A DNA stretch of 64,000 bases from Macrostomum lignano (taxonomy: Eukaryota). Below, one piece after another: positions 27,726-40,886 of the stretch (positions within the stretch are counted from its first letter, which is position 1; every line of letters begins with the position of its first letter). The stretch lies in assembly GCA_002269645.1 (NCBI GenBank), contig NIVC01003961.1, positions 3,492-67,491 of the forward strand. Direction: 5' to 3'. The position numbers and the translations under genes are program-made. The notes beneath the pieces are model-generated. The model did no database searches. It was not told the DNA's origin and was given only the letters and a program-made list of their open reading frames with translations.

Positions 27726-28644
27726 GTGATTTCGATTGAGATTTCACAAACCAAACTATATTTAAATAAACTCGAACTCTATGATGCTTCACAACCATTC
27801 TACTCGTTCATAAGGCCATTCTGTAAGCTGATTTAGCCTCTTTAATACCCTGTTAATGCGTAGCACTCTAGCGAATAATCTCTACAGAAATATTTATGCA
27901 CTTTTATCCAGTATAAAATCACTAAAAAACAGCGCAGGTTGCAACTAGGAAGAAAAGGCATGGGATATTAAAAATACAATTAAGACTCAAGCTGAAGCTT
28001 AATTATCTGCTTATAAAGCTCAAGTTTATCCTGCTTTTTGGGAGCAGAAAAAATGATTGCAAGGAAAACAGAATAAAGGGCACGTATTTGCACTAATTAG
28101 CGGTGTTGTGCCGCAGTTAAATTTGCTGTTTGTATTTAAATGATCAAACGGGATTTCTGTTTCAAACACATTCAACCAAATGATACAAACAAATTATGAG
28201 CGAATTAAAAACTAGTTTTAATGGTAATTAATTTGCAATTATAACTATGTTCTAGACTTGAAAGACAGGACAATGTAATAACAATGGATACAATATTTAC
28301 ATAGCAGAATAGATTTTCTGCACATCGGCCGTATGTGAATGAACCAAATTTCACTTCAAATCATCTTTTTGGACTGGGTGGGCGGCTAAACAAATGGAAT
28401 TACAATATGATATTACTGTGTAATTGCAACGATATGGATTAGTATTATATGATACAAAGCTTTATAATCGGTAACAAGACATTTGGGCCGAGTGAATTAC
28501 AAATTTAAAACAGAATTTCTATTCATAGCGCAGTAAAACATTTACCGGTTAGAGAGCATAGCAGACATGTACACAACCACGGCCTACGAAACTCCACCCT
28601 TGCGAGTGCACTAAAGCCGGTTTGCAAGGTCACAAGCTAGGTGG

Positions 28645-29905
28645 CAATTATCTGGGATTAGAAACCGATTCTCAGAGATGGGATGGCGATTATCTGGGAT
28701 TAGAAGCCGATTCTCAGCGATGGGATGGCGATTATCTGGGATTAGAAGCCGATTCTCAGCGATGGGATGGCGATTATCTGGGATTAGAAGCCGATTCTCA
28801 GAGATGGGATGCGATTAACTGGGATTAGAAGCCGATTCTCAGAGATGGGATGGCGATTATCTGGGATTAGAAGCCGATTCTCAGCGATGGGATGGCGATT
28901 ATCTGGGATTAGAAGACGATTCTCAGAGATGGGATGGCGATTATCTGGGATTAGAAGACGATTCTCAGCGATGGGATGGCGATTATCTGGGATTAGAAGC
29001 CGATTCTCAGAGATGGGATGGCGATTATCTGGGATTAGAAGCCGATTCTCAGAGATGGGATGGCGATTATCTGGGATTAGAAGCCGATTCTCAGAGATGG
29101 GATGGCGATTATCTGGGATTAGAAGCCGATTCTCAGCGATGGGATGGCGATTATCTGGGATTAGAAGCAGATTCTCAGCGATGGGTTGGCGATTATCTGG
29201 GATTAGAAGCCGATTCTCAGCGATGGGTTGGCGATTATCTGGGATTAGAAGCCGATTCTCAGCGATGGGTTGGCGATTATCTGGGATTAGAAGCCGATTC
29301 TCAGAGATGGGATGGCGATTATCTGGAATTAGAAGACGATTCTCAGAGATGGGATGGCGATTATCTGGGATTAGAAGACGATTCTCAGCGATGGGATGGC
29401 GATTATCTGGAATTAGAAGCTGATTCTCAGAGATGGGATGGCGATTATCTGGGATTAGAAGACGATTCTCAGCGATGGGATGGCGATTATCTGGGATTAA
29501 AAGACGATTCTCAGAGATGGGATGGCGATTATCTGGGATTAGAAGCCGATTCTCAGAGATGGAATGGCGATTATCTGGGATTAGAAGCCGATTCTCAGAG
29601 ATGGGATGGGCGATTATCTGGGATTAGAAGCCGATTCTCAGCGATGGGATGGCGATTATCTGGGATTACAAGCCGATTCTCAGAGATGGGATGGGCGATT
29701 ATCTGGGATTAGAAGCCGATTCTCAGAGATGGGATGGCGATTATCTAGGATTAGAAGCCGATTCTCAGAGATGGGATGGCGATTATCTGGGATTAGAAGC
29801 CGATTCTCAGCGATGGGATGGCGATTATCTGGGATTAGAAGACGATTCTCAGAGATGGGATGGCGATTATCTGGGATTAGAAGCCGATTCTCAGCGATGG
29901 GATGC
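28645..29905. repeat. Minisatellite, 42 bp unit (gattatctgggattagaagccgattctcagagatgggatggc)
   Basis: Directly visible, ~30 copies. Confidence 0.96.
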
Positions 29906-30060
29906 TGATCTTTGGGGATTGGAGGGCGATTTTAGGGGTTTAGAGGGCGACTCTAGGGGATCGGATGGCGATTCTTTAGGATTAGAAGGCGATAGTCAGA
30001 CAGGGGGCTGAAATGATTCTAAATGGATTAGAAAAAATATTTATTACACTAGTTGCAGAG

Positions 30061-30384
30061 TTATTGAGTCTTCGTAGGCGCCTTTTTATCACTGCTACTA
30101 GTAGTAGCGCTAGTAGTAGCTTCATCCTTCTCGTAGTACCTGTGCTTGAGCGCCCGGTACTTGCGCAGCATGTACAGCGCCTCCAGCTCTTTGATGACGA
30201 ACTCACCCCGGCCAATCAGCACCTTGATCTGGTCCGGGTCCTTGACTCCGCTATTCTTCAAGAATACGGACTTTAGTCGGTCGCGAAAGTAAGCGTAACC
30301 TTTGGGATAGTCGCGTCCCATGTACAGCAGGTTTTTGTACAGGGCGATCACCTGAGAGCGGAGCTGCGGCGGCGGTGACGTCAT
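30061..30384 (-). CDS. ETFRF1: Electron transfer flavoprotein regulatory factor 1 (LYR motif protein 5), 107 aa
   Basis: [37 protein letters not shown]...[25 protein letters not shown] closely matches the LYRM5/ETFRF1 sequence pattern; ATG at 30384. Confidence 0.93.
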   Translation of the reverse strand: MTSPPPQLRSQVIALYKNLLYMGRDYPKGYAYFRDRLKSVFLKNSGVKDPDQIKVLIGRGEFVIKELEALYMLRKYRALKHRYYEKDEATTSATTSSSDKKAPTKTQ

Positions 30385-30496
30385 TGGGTCAGAGATCGAG
30401 CTTTGCAACTAGCAGCGAAATAAAATGTTGAGAAAGCCTGATTAATTTCCGACTTGACAGAAGACGTACTAATCGAGGCATTTTAAATGACAGGGG

Positions 30497-32845
30497 AAGG
30501 ACGGAGGGAGCAGCGGGCATCACTGAAGGGCACGGAGAAGCGGGCATCACTGAAGGGCACGGAGAAGCGGGCATCACTGAAGGGCACGGAGAAGCGGGCA
30601 TCACTGAAGGGCACGGAGGGAGAAGCGGGCATCACTGAAGGGCACGGAGGGAGCAGCGGGATCACTGAAGGGCACGGAGGGAGCAGCGGGCATCACTGAA
30701 GGGCACGGAGGGAGAAGCGGGCATCACTGAAGGGCACGGAGAAGCGGGCATCACTGAAGGCACGGAGAAGCGGGCATCACTGAAGGGCACGGAGGGAGAA
30801 GCGGGCATCACTGAAGGGCACGGAGGGAGAAGCGGGCATCACTGAAGGGCACGGAGAAGCGGGCATCACTGAAGGCACGGAGAAGCGGGCATCACTGAAG
30901 GGCACGGAGGGAGTAGCGGGATCACTGAAGGGCACGGAGGGAGAAGCGGGCATCACTGAAGGGCACGGAGAAGCGGGCATCACTGAAGGGCACGGAGGGA
31001 GAAGCGGGCATCACTGAAGGGCACGGAGGGAGAAGCGGGCATCACTGAAGGGCACGGAGGGAGAAGCGGGCATCACTGAAGGGCACGGAGGGAGAAGCGG
31101 GCATCACTGAAGGGCACGGAGAAGCGGGCATCACTGAAGGGCACGGAGGGAGAAGCGGGCATCACTGAAGGGCACGGAGAAGCGGGCATCACTGAAGGGC
31201 ACGGAGGGAGAAGCGGGCATCACTGAAGGGCACGGAGAAGCGGGCATCACTGAAGGGCACGGAGGGAGAAGCGGGCATCACTGAAGGGCACAGAGGGAGA
31301 AGCGGGCATCACTGAAGGGCACGGAGAAGCGGGCATCACTGAAGGGCACGGAGAAGCGGGCATCACTGAAGGGCACGGAGGGAGAAGCGGGCATCACTGA
31401 AGGGCACGGAGGGAGAAGCGGGCATCACTGAAGGGCACGGAGGGAGAAGCGGGCATCACTGAAGGGCACGGAGGGAGAAGCGGGCATCACTGAAGGGCAC
31501 GGAGAAGCGGGCATCACTGAAGGGCACGGAGGGAGAAGCGGGCATCACTGAAGGGCACGGAGAAGCGGGCATCACTGAAGGCACGGAGAAGCGGGCATCA
31601 CTGAAGGGCACGGAGGGAGAAGCGGGCATCACTGAAGGGCACGGAGGGAGAAGCGGGCATCACTGAAGGGCACGGAGAAGCGGGCATCACTGAAGGGCAC
31701 GGAGGGAGAAGCGGGCATCACTGAAGGGCACGGAGGGAGAAGCGGGCATCACTGAAGGGCACGGAGGGAGAAGCGGGCATCACTGAAGGGCACGGAGAAG
31801 CGGGCATCACTGAAGGGCACGGAGGGAGAAGCGGGCATCACTGAAGGGCACGGAGAAGCGGGCATCACTGAAGGCACGGAGAAGCGGGCATCACTGAAGG
31901 GCACGGAGGGAGAAGCGGGCATCACTGAAGGGCACGGAGGGAGAAGCGGGCATCACTGAAGGGCACGGAGAAGCGGGCATCACTGAAGGGCACGGAGAAG
32001 CGGGCATCACTGAAGGCACGGAGAAGCGGGCATCACTGAAGGGCACGGAGGGAGAAGCGGGCATCACTGAAGGGCACGGAGGGAGAAGCGGGCATCACTG
32101 AAGGGCACGGAGAAGCGGGCATCACTGAAGGCACGGAGAAGCGGGCATCACTGAAGGGCACGGAGGGAGTAGCGGGATCACTGAAGGGCACGGAGGGAGA
32201 AGCGGGCATCACTGAAGGGCACGGAGAAGCGGGCATCACTGAAGGGCACGGAGGGAGAAGCGGGCATCACTGAAGGGCACGGAGGGAGAAGCGGGCATCA
32301 CTGAAGGGCACGGAGGGAGCAGCGGGATCACTGAAGGGCACGGAGGGAGAAGCGGGCATCACTGAAGGGCACAGAGGGAGAAGCGGGCATCACTGAAGGG
32401 CACGGAGAAGCGGGCATCACTGAAGGGCACGGAGGGAGCAGCGGGATCACTGAAGGCACGGAGGGAGCAGCGGGATCACTGAAGGACACGGAGGGAGCAG
32501 CGGGATCACTGAAGGCACGGAGGGAGCAGCGGGATCACTGAAGGGCACGGAGGGAGCAGCGGGATCACTGAAGGCACGGAGGGAGCAGCGGGCATCACTG
32601 AAGGGCACGGAGGGAGAAGCGGGCATCACTGAAGGGCACGGAGGGAGAAGCGGGCATCACTGAAGGCACGGAGAAGCGGGCATCACTGAAGGGCACGGAG
32701 GGAGAATCGGGCATCACTGAAGGGCACGGAGGGAGAATCGGGCATCACTGAAGGGCACGGAGGGAGCAGCGGGATCACTGAAGGGCATGGAGGGAGCAGC
32801 GGGCATCACTGAAGGGCACGGAGGGAGTAGCGGGATCACTGAAGG
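30497..32845. repeat. Minisatellite, 31/27 bp units (gggcatcactgaagggcacgga(ggga)gaagc)
   Basis: About 2.35 kb array directly visible. Confidence 0.97.
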
Positions 32846-33961
32846 ACACGACCAAGTCGAAAAATCTCTTACTATGTTAGGATACACAAACCAACTGTAT
32901 TTAAAAATTGACACTATTTGCAACTCGGAGAAAGCATGCAATGAAATACACAGGATCATAACAAAAAAGAAAGTAAACGCAAAGAAATAATAGAATTAAA
33001 TATCCATTGTACATGATTACATACATATAGTTCAAAAAGCAATAGTTCTGAAGGCCTATCCTTTTTAATCAACAGTACTTAGCATGTTTAATTAAACTAA
33101 TATCGTTTACGTTTAATTGGTATGCAGAAGTTCTTTTTACAACAAAAGTAAGCTTTACAGACTACTTACTAAGTAGTGCATAATAGTCAGCAATGAATCT
33201 TCCTCGCTATGGCTTTGCTTTACCATTACCTAAAAGTCGCCAGAGAGGCCTAAGAGCCGATTTGAGGCGCTTTATTGTCCTATAATTACTCTGGGACCTG
33301 GGACCGAAAAGTCGCATATGCAGCGTCACCGCGTTGAATTTAAAGCGCATCTTCGTCACTTTAATTATGAATTAGAATCTCATTTCGCATTTATAACAAC
33401 TTTATTTACACTACTTGAGTTAGTAGAAAGTTAAGCGCTAACATAACGATTCTTGAACGATTTTTGCGACGATTTTTTGCGATTTAAAAACACACGTGAT
33501 GTACTCGTGACTCAACAGTCACCCCTCCGTCGCATTACAGTCGTCTGAGTCGTTACCAAGGATGATATATAACAACTGGATTGTCAAACTACTCCACCTA
33601 AAAGGGTTGAATATGCCTAAAATGTGACTCGCAAAACCCCTGCTTCCTGCTCATTGGCTGCTATTTTTAGCTCACTTGCTTATACTGACCTATGTAGAAA
33701 CATTGCCTGGTGGTTAGAAAACTAGCTAGGGACACGAGGGTTCGCGGGCCGTGGTGGGTAGAGAGATAAATGTAGGGGTTTGTTTTCAAGGTTGTTATAT
33801 ATCTTCCTAGTGTATTTGAAACCCTCCAGCCAATGAACGTGAAGAAGGGGATTTGCGGGTCAAAGTTTAAGCATGCTTTAGCGTCAGTCCGACAATCCAG
33901 TTGTTATATATCATCCTTGGTCGTTACAAATGTTACAAGAGTCGCCCTAGAGTATTTAGAG

Positions 33962-35133
33962 TCACGATTTCGGCGGTTTATAATCTTCGCCATTGAGTCG
34001 CATCTGGCCGGTGAACCGGTGCACCTTGATATTAACCGGCCGTTTGATCATCCGATCGGCGTGCGACCGGCTAGCCAGATGCTGCCGCCAGGCCGCCTCC
34101 GAAACGGTGGCAAAGGCGCAGCGGAGGCAATCGTAGCGGCGCTGCCGTTTGGTGCAGGCGGCCTCGTGCGAGGCCAGAGTCTCCCGCTTAGCTGAGCGAT
34201 GGCCGCAGAAGTAGCGGCAGGAGTACAGCGGCTGGATGTTGGCGTGGGCCTGCCGGCGATGGCTAACAATCTCATGGTAGGTGCGGCACACGAACGAGCA
34301 GAATGAGCACTGGAAGCAGAGCTCTTTATGAGTAGAACAGTGCGCAAAATAGCGGCGCTGACTGTCGCAGGTGAAGCTGCACTTCTCGCAGGCGAATCTA
34401 GGCGCAAGCGGTTTCTCTTCGTTGACTATTTCAATGTCACTGTCGGCGCCGGTGTCTGTTGCGACGGCAGCCGACGAATTCGTGGCAGCAGCAGCAGCAG
34501 CAGTGGAAGCAGGAGCAGACGAAACCAGAGACTGATCAACAAGGCCAGCTAAACTAGCCGAGTGCTTGAGCTCGCAGTGAGCCACGGCAGCATCAGCCGT
34601 GTTGAACAGCATCGAAGCAGCGCAGGCTGTGCAAGCCATCCGGCTGTTGAGATGAAAAGCCAGCAGGTGTTCGGCCAGCACCCGGTCGCTGGGGAATCGA
34701 CCGCCAGCAGATTTACAAGCAGCTATGGGACAGCGGATTAACGACCGGGTGGCAGAAGCCGCACCTGTGACAGTTGGAGCGGCTGGAGAGACAAGAACCG
34801 TGGGAGGCACCACCGGGCGAGATGGTGCGTCAACAATCTGTACATCGTCATCGTCGCCATTGTACACCGTCGAATTCCAACTGACGACATTTCGACTCTG
34901 CCTGCTGTTGATCCCATTGCTATTGCTACTCTGCTGTCTAGCCACATTAGCAACGTTGGGGCTATTCCTAACTCCAATAGTCCATCTGCCATTGCCAACC
35001 CCGTGGCCATTGTTGCGGATGGCGCTGCCATTGCCACGACTGCTGTTATGGTTGTGATCATCAGTGTCTTCCTCATCGTCAATTATGACAACAATGGGCA
35101 GGCCACCATTGGGCCGACCACTGCTTGGTGGAA
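33962..35133 (-). CDS. C2H2 zinc-finger protein with multiple SIM-like motifs (terminal exon; first exon not located)
   Basis: Acceptor ...catacaacag at 35135-35134 (phase 1), then a ~390-codon ORF with six fingers (CPIAAC..HLLAFH, CTAC..HCELKH, CEKC..HCSTH, CSFC..HRRQAH, CRYFC..HEAAC, CLRC..HLASRSH). Confidence 0.8.
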
Positions 35134-36769
35134 CTGTTGTATGTGGCAAAGACAAAAATAATGCAACAGAATTATTTAATTAATCAAATTTTTAATTAGT
35201 ATTTATTCATATTGATTATATAAGCAGACTTAGGCCTATCTTAGATACTTAACTATTTTTTATGTTCAGATAGAATTAGTAAATATTATATAATGACCAG
35301 TACATTTTAATAGTATACTATTCCTACAATTGTATATAGTTAATATCATTCATAGCTTTTTAACTTTAAATCTATTGATAAAAATAAATTTAGGCCAGCC
35401 AAAATAGTCAAGCCAATAGCCAATGCAATAAGCCCCCTAATATTTACAGAAATAAGCCTTACAGCTTAGGCCTAAAGTATATAGAGGACTACAAAATAAT
35501 ACATTGCTTCTTGCTATAGCTCGTGTCTTTAATTTATTTTTCTTTTTGTAATAGCTATATGTCTAATTTAGCAAATTAAGAGATATTTTCTAATTAAAGC
35601 AACAAAGCTAGGGCTAAAAGACCTTTTGCTAACCTGTTGAAAAAGTAGACAATGAGAATTTTATTAGAATTTCATATTTATGGCATGCAAAAACTAAGTG
35701 TTGGTTAGGAATTAAAAAATTTTATTATTGGCCTTATATTTAAACTTTTTATGCTAGAACTAATTATTTAGTAGGCCTAAAGCAAAGTATATTAAATTTT
35801 TCAAAATACAAAAGCTCTTGATTTTTGTTATATTATATATTTTAACTATAACTCTAGACTATAGCCTCTTTATAAAAAGGAAGTGCTTATCCATACAGTT
35901 CCTATGCTAATAATTTGTATTTTATTCACATGGATCCATGTCAATAAGTTCCAGCTTATCCCCATGGCAGCTTATTGAAATAGCTAGCTGCCACCATTCA
36001 AGTCTATAAGCTGTGTCAATAATTCCAATTTTATTTACACAGATCCTTGTCAATAATTTCAGCTCATCCCATGGCTAAGATTGTGTAGTTGTTTGTGTTT
36101 AGTTTGTATACTGACATTAAATGTTGCTACTAGGCCTAGTATTTTAGTCTTTTTATAGTAACATATATAGCATAGCTTAAAGTAATTGTTATTACAATGT
36201 TGTGACTTTCTGTTAAATTCACAATGTGACAATGTGATTTTAACATCTTGCTAACTCTCCATCCAAAATTGATATTGTCATTATTATTAGTATTATTATC
36301 ATCATTATAACATATTGAATTTTAGATTTTTCAAGTCTTGTTCATCTTTATCTTAGGGTTGTTTGGTCCGTTTGCAAAGCCAGCAGCTAAGCAAATACTC
36401 ATATTTAAAATCAACCCTCTTAATGACAAAAAATTTATCAAAGTACTTGATACCATTTAATATTCAGAAGTTTATTTGGAAGATTTGTAAAATAGTGAAA
36501 ACAAAAAGATGGTTTTTGAAAAGATTTATTTCAAGGTGCTCTATTCTAATAAACTGCTTTGGGGATAAGCTGAAAATTATAGACATAGATCTATGTACTA
36601 GCAATCTTTGCCCCCCAATGGGGGACATCTGGATAGAATCCTTGTTCTTTACAAATAACAAATAGACAGCGAAATAAAGCCTTCATAAAAAACAACAGAC
36701 ATTCCCTCTTAAAAACAAAACATCCCAAGACAGCAAGCATCCTTAGACAACATTCAAGCATTGATCCCC

Positions 36770-37200
36770 AAATAGCAAGCATCCCCCCAATAGCAAGAAA
36801 CCCTAGATAGCAAGCATCCCCCAGATAGCAAGCATTCCCCCAGACCCCAGATAGTAAGCATCCCCCAGATAGCAAGCATCCCGCAGATAGCAAGCATCCC
36901 CCAGATAGCAAGCATCCCCCAGATAGCAAGCATCCCCCAGATTGCAAGCATCCCCCAGATAGCAAGCATTCCCCTAGACCCCAGATAGTGACATCCCCCA
37001 GATAGCAAGCATCCCCCAGATAGCAAGCATCCCCTAGATCGCAAGCATCCCCCAGACAACAAGCAACCCCTGATAGCAAGCATAACCTAGATACAAAGAG
37101 ACCTTATAGATATCTAACAACCCCCTCTCAGATAGCAAGTACTCTCCACCCCCAAGAGCAAGCATCCCCCTAATAGCAAGTATCCATCCTTAAATAGCAA
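36770..37200. repeat. Minisatellite, ~18 bp unit (cccccagatagcaagcat)
   Basis: Directly visible, degenerate ends. Confidence 0.9.
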
Positions 37201-37944
37201 GCATCCACCAGAGAACAAGTAGCTAGTGCAACAATTTCCTTAGCTTTATAATGGTTCCATTTTGTTTTGTATGACACTTCTTTTATGTATGAAATGGTGT
37301 CTTTTTTGTTAAAAAGGTGGTTCTTTAATGTTTGACATGGTAGCTCTTTGATGTTTGACATGGTGGCTCTTCTATGTTTGACATGATAGCTCTTTAATGT
37401 TTGACATGGTGGTTCTTTAATGTTTGACATGGTAGCTCTTTGATGTTTGACATGGTGGCTCTTTTAGGTTTGACATAATGGCTCTTTAATGTTTGACATG
37501 GTGGCTCTTTAATGTTCCATATGGTGGCTCTTCTATATTTGACATGGTGTCTTCTATGTTTGACATGGTGGCTCTTTTGTGTTTGACATGATAGTTCTTT
37601 AATTTTGACATGGTGGCTCTTTTTTGTTTGATATGGTGGCTCTTTTTTGTTCTACATGGTAACTCTTTTATGTTTGATACGGTGGCTTTTTAATGTCTGA
37701 CATGTTGGCTCTTTTATGTTTGACATGGCGCTCTTTAATGTTCGACAAAGTGGCTCTGTAATGTTTGACATGGTGGCTCTTAATTGTTTGACATGGTGGC
37801 TCTTTAATGTTCGAAATGGTGGCTCTTTAATGTTCGACATGGTGGCTCTTTTATGATTGACATGGTGGCTCTTTAATGTTTGACATGGTGGCTCTTTTAT
37901 GATTGACATGGTGGCTCTTTTATATCTGACATGGTGGCTCTTTT

Positions 37945-39524
37945 GGCTCATTCCATATAAGATGGACATATTTGGAAAATAGAAAAAAGTCAATATTTTT
38001 GCTTGCCATTGCCTAATTAGCCTATTTTTTACCAAATGTTTATATTGTGCAATATATACAATCTAAGAATAAAGGAATGGTAAAATGTTGGATTAGTATG
38101 TTATCATTATCAATTGGCAAAAAGTCATTTTTGTAAAAAATTGGACATTTTGCGAAGCAAAAGACATCAGTAAGATTTTGTACCTTTTAAAAACAAATAG
38201 AAAGCTTTTGAAGGTTGAAACAAACTATAGGCTCATTCCATATAAGATTGACATATTTGGAAAATAGAAAAAAGTCAATATTTTTGCTTGCCATTGCCTA
38301 ATTAGCCTATTTTTTACCAAATGTTTATATTGTGCAATATATACAATCTAAGAATAAAGGAATGGTAAAATGTTGGATTAGTATGTTATCAATTGGCAAA
38401 AATTCATTTTTGTAAAAATTTGGACATTTTTCGAAGCAAAAGACATCATTAAGATTTTGTACCTTTTAAAAACAAATAGAAAGCTTTTGAAGGTTGCAAC
38501 AAACTATAGATAAAAGTATAGTACTTGCATCATCAGATAAAAGCATTGGTGACCAAATAATCTATTATATTTTTAATGTATTAGTACCTCAAAGTTACTG
38601 AATTGACAGAAAAAAATATGTTACGACCATAATGTTACGACCATAAGGCTGCCTTTTCTTTTGTATCTTTGTTGCCTTTTGAGTTTATATATTCTAATAA
38701 AAGAGTATGATTTCTAAAGATGTTCTTAGTCAAATTTTAAAAATGTATTGCAAAATATCAAAAATGAAAAATGTTATAAGACTTTTACCTTTTAGTTTCT
38801 ATATGTCAAAAATCCTGTCGTTACGACCATAAGTGTCATTTAAAGTTTAATAGCATCTATACTAATGATGATATCTATATGAAACTCTATAAATATATTC
38901 TAGACAAAATAATCTTTCATTTAAAATATTGGTTTAGTATATTCTATTATTAGATTTCATTTTATAAGTAAAAATAACCTGTCATGTTATGACCATGCTT
39001 ATATGGAATGAGCCTATAGATAAAAGTATAGTACTTGCATCATCAGATAAAAGCATTGGTGACCAAATAATCTATTATATTTTTAATGTATTAGTACCTC
39101 AAAGTTACTGAATTGACAGAAAAAAATATGTTACAACCATAATGTTACGACCATAAGGCTGCCTTTTCTTTTGTATCTTTGTTGCCTTTTGAGTTTATAT
39201 ATTCTAATAAAAGAGTATGATTTCTAAAGATGTTCTTAGTCAAATTTTAAAAATGTATTGCAAAATATCAAAAATGAAAAATGTTATAAGACTTTTACCT
39301 TTTAGTTTCTATATGTCAAAAATCCTATCGTTATAACCATAAGTGTTATTTAAGGTTTAATAGCATCTATACTAATGATGATATCTATATGAAACTCTAT
39401 AAATATATTCTAGACAAAATAATCTTTCATTTAAAATATTGGTTTAGTATATTCTATTATTAGATTTCATTTTATAAGTAAAAATAACCTGTCATGTTAC
39501 AACCATGCTTATATGGAATGAGCC
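37945..39524. mobile_element. ~790 bp non-autonomous DNA transposon (MITE), outer copy
   Basis: 17 bp TIR GGCTCATTCCATATAAG / CTTATATGGAATGAGCC; TTTT on both flanks (4 bp TSD); split by the inner copy. Confidence 0.9.
38230..39014. mobile_element. Same MITE, inner copy (785 bp) inserted into the outer copy
   Basis: Same 17 bp TIRs; TATA on both flanks. The empty site caaactatagataaaag is preserved inside the inner copy at ~38500-38517. Confidence 0.9.
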
Positions 39525-39669
39525 TTTTATGTTTGACATAGTGTCTCTTCTATATGTTCGACATGGTGACACTTTTATGTTTGGCATGGTGGCTCTTTTA
39601 TAATTGACATTGCACTGCTTTTATGTTTAGCATTTTGTGTTTTAAAGTGTTTTAATAAAAAAATTATTT

Positions 39670-39737
39670 TGCACTACTAAGATTTGAACCCAGGTTGCTA
39701 CATTAGCAGTCCAGTCTGTTCGCATCTAGGCTATCTC
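39670..39737 (-). mobile_element. Degenerate tRNA-like sequence (probable SINE head or tRNA pseudogene)
   Basis: Minus strand reads gatagcctagatgcg...ggactgctaat...gggttcaaatct, with A-box, Ser(GCT)-like anticodon loop and B-box; stems are poor. Confidence 0.35.
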
Positions 39738-40886
39738 TTTTCAATTGGAGAACATGAATTGTGGCCCTTATAATTCAATTATTATAGCAAGTCGATTAGA
39801 GTAAAAAGTTATGACATAATCAATTTCTTAGTCAGCCAGCATTAGTCTCAATTCAGTTAGCAATATGGTTACGCAATCACAATCAAGTCTTGTGTGCATT
39901 TTTCGACACTGTTTTTATCTTGTTGATGCAATCTTTATCACAATTGAAATTCAGTCAGTCAAAAGTTTTCTCTCTCGCATTTTTACAATGCATTTCAGGT
40001 TGAAAAAGCTGCTTGACCTTTGCAAAAAATCATGTTTTTCAAATATTTAATCCCTTTAACATTGAGCAATTTCTTAGCCAAGATGCATGTATTGTCCTAG
40101 GAAAATTTCTGATTGAATGGTGCAAGTTTGAAGAAAATTGGTTGAGCCATTTTTTCTGAAATCTATCGCATAGCTAGATACAGACAACTTTCCAGGTCAA
40201 TTCGGTGACAAGACACTTCGGTGACAACAACTTCGGTGACAACTTGGGACGTTTCGGTGACACCAGTGGTCAATTCGGTGACAAGCTTTTTAGACTTGAT
40301 TTGACTATTTTTCGTTGTTAAATATTAATATATATAAGCTGTTAATATAAACTCTTATTAAAGTAATAAAGGTTCGTATGCTATCTGCAATTATCATTTT
40401 GTTCGAGTGCGTTTCGAGGCATAACATTTACAGCGCGCACTTAATTTTTTCCCTACTTTTAATTTTTCAACCCAAGTCAACGACAATTGATTATTAGATT
40501 TTTTGTACTACATCTACATGTACATGTACTGTAGATGTACATGTACGTCTTAAAAGCCATTGAACGAGTTCAGAAACAACTGTATATCTATAGCGTAGCT
40601 TATGACTGTACATGTTTTTATGTGCTAATTCAGGGACTATAAGGCAAGGGGCGCCAATAGGGGCGGACGTACCCGCGGATAGAGCTTGATAGAACTTATT
40701 GAGCCCCCAAAAACCTAAGTTTGCACCCTTTAAACTAGATTTTTCGCCTCCTACACGCATTTTTTGCACCCCTAGCTTAAAAATTGGCGCCCCTCATACT
40801 CATGAATTATTGGCGCCCAAAACTTGGACCGACGCCCCGGCCCCCTTCGGCCCCCAAATGAAATTCTAGATCCGCTACTGTATGTG

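Larger units (their letters stand above)
37320..39625. repeat. 23 bp minisatellite (tttgacatggtggctctttaatg) interrupted by a nested MITE at 37945-39524
   Basis: Units run to 37944 and resume at 39525. Confidence 0.9.

Noticed and set aside
25399-27798. Long minus-strand ORFs (799, 775 and 633 aa) rich in S/P/F/L
   Set aside because: Open in all three frames only because the pyrimidine-rich repeat lacks stop codons; no domain or codon structure.
30389-32990. Small ORFs within the 31/27 bp array, and similar ones in the 13.6, 24.5, 28.6, 36.8, 56.3 and 58.9 kb arrays
   Set aside because: Frame-shifting unit lengths and no flanking unique coding sequence; repeat artefacts.
39670-39737. Functional tRNA-Ser(GCT) gene
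   Set aside because: Acceptor and D stems do not pair properly and there is no long variable arm; treated as a decayed tRNA-derived sequence.
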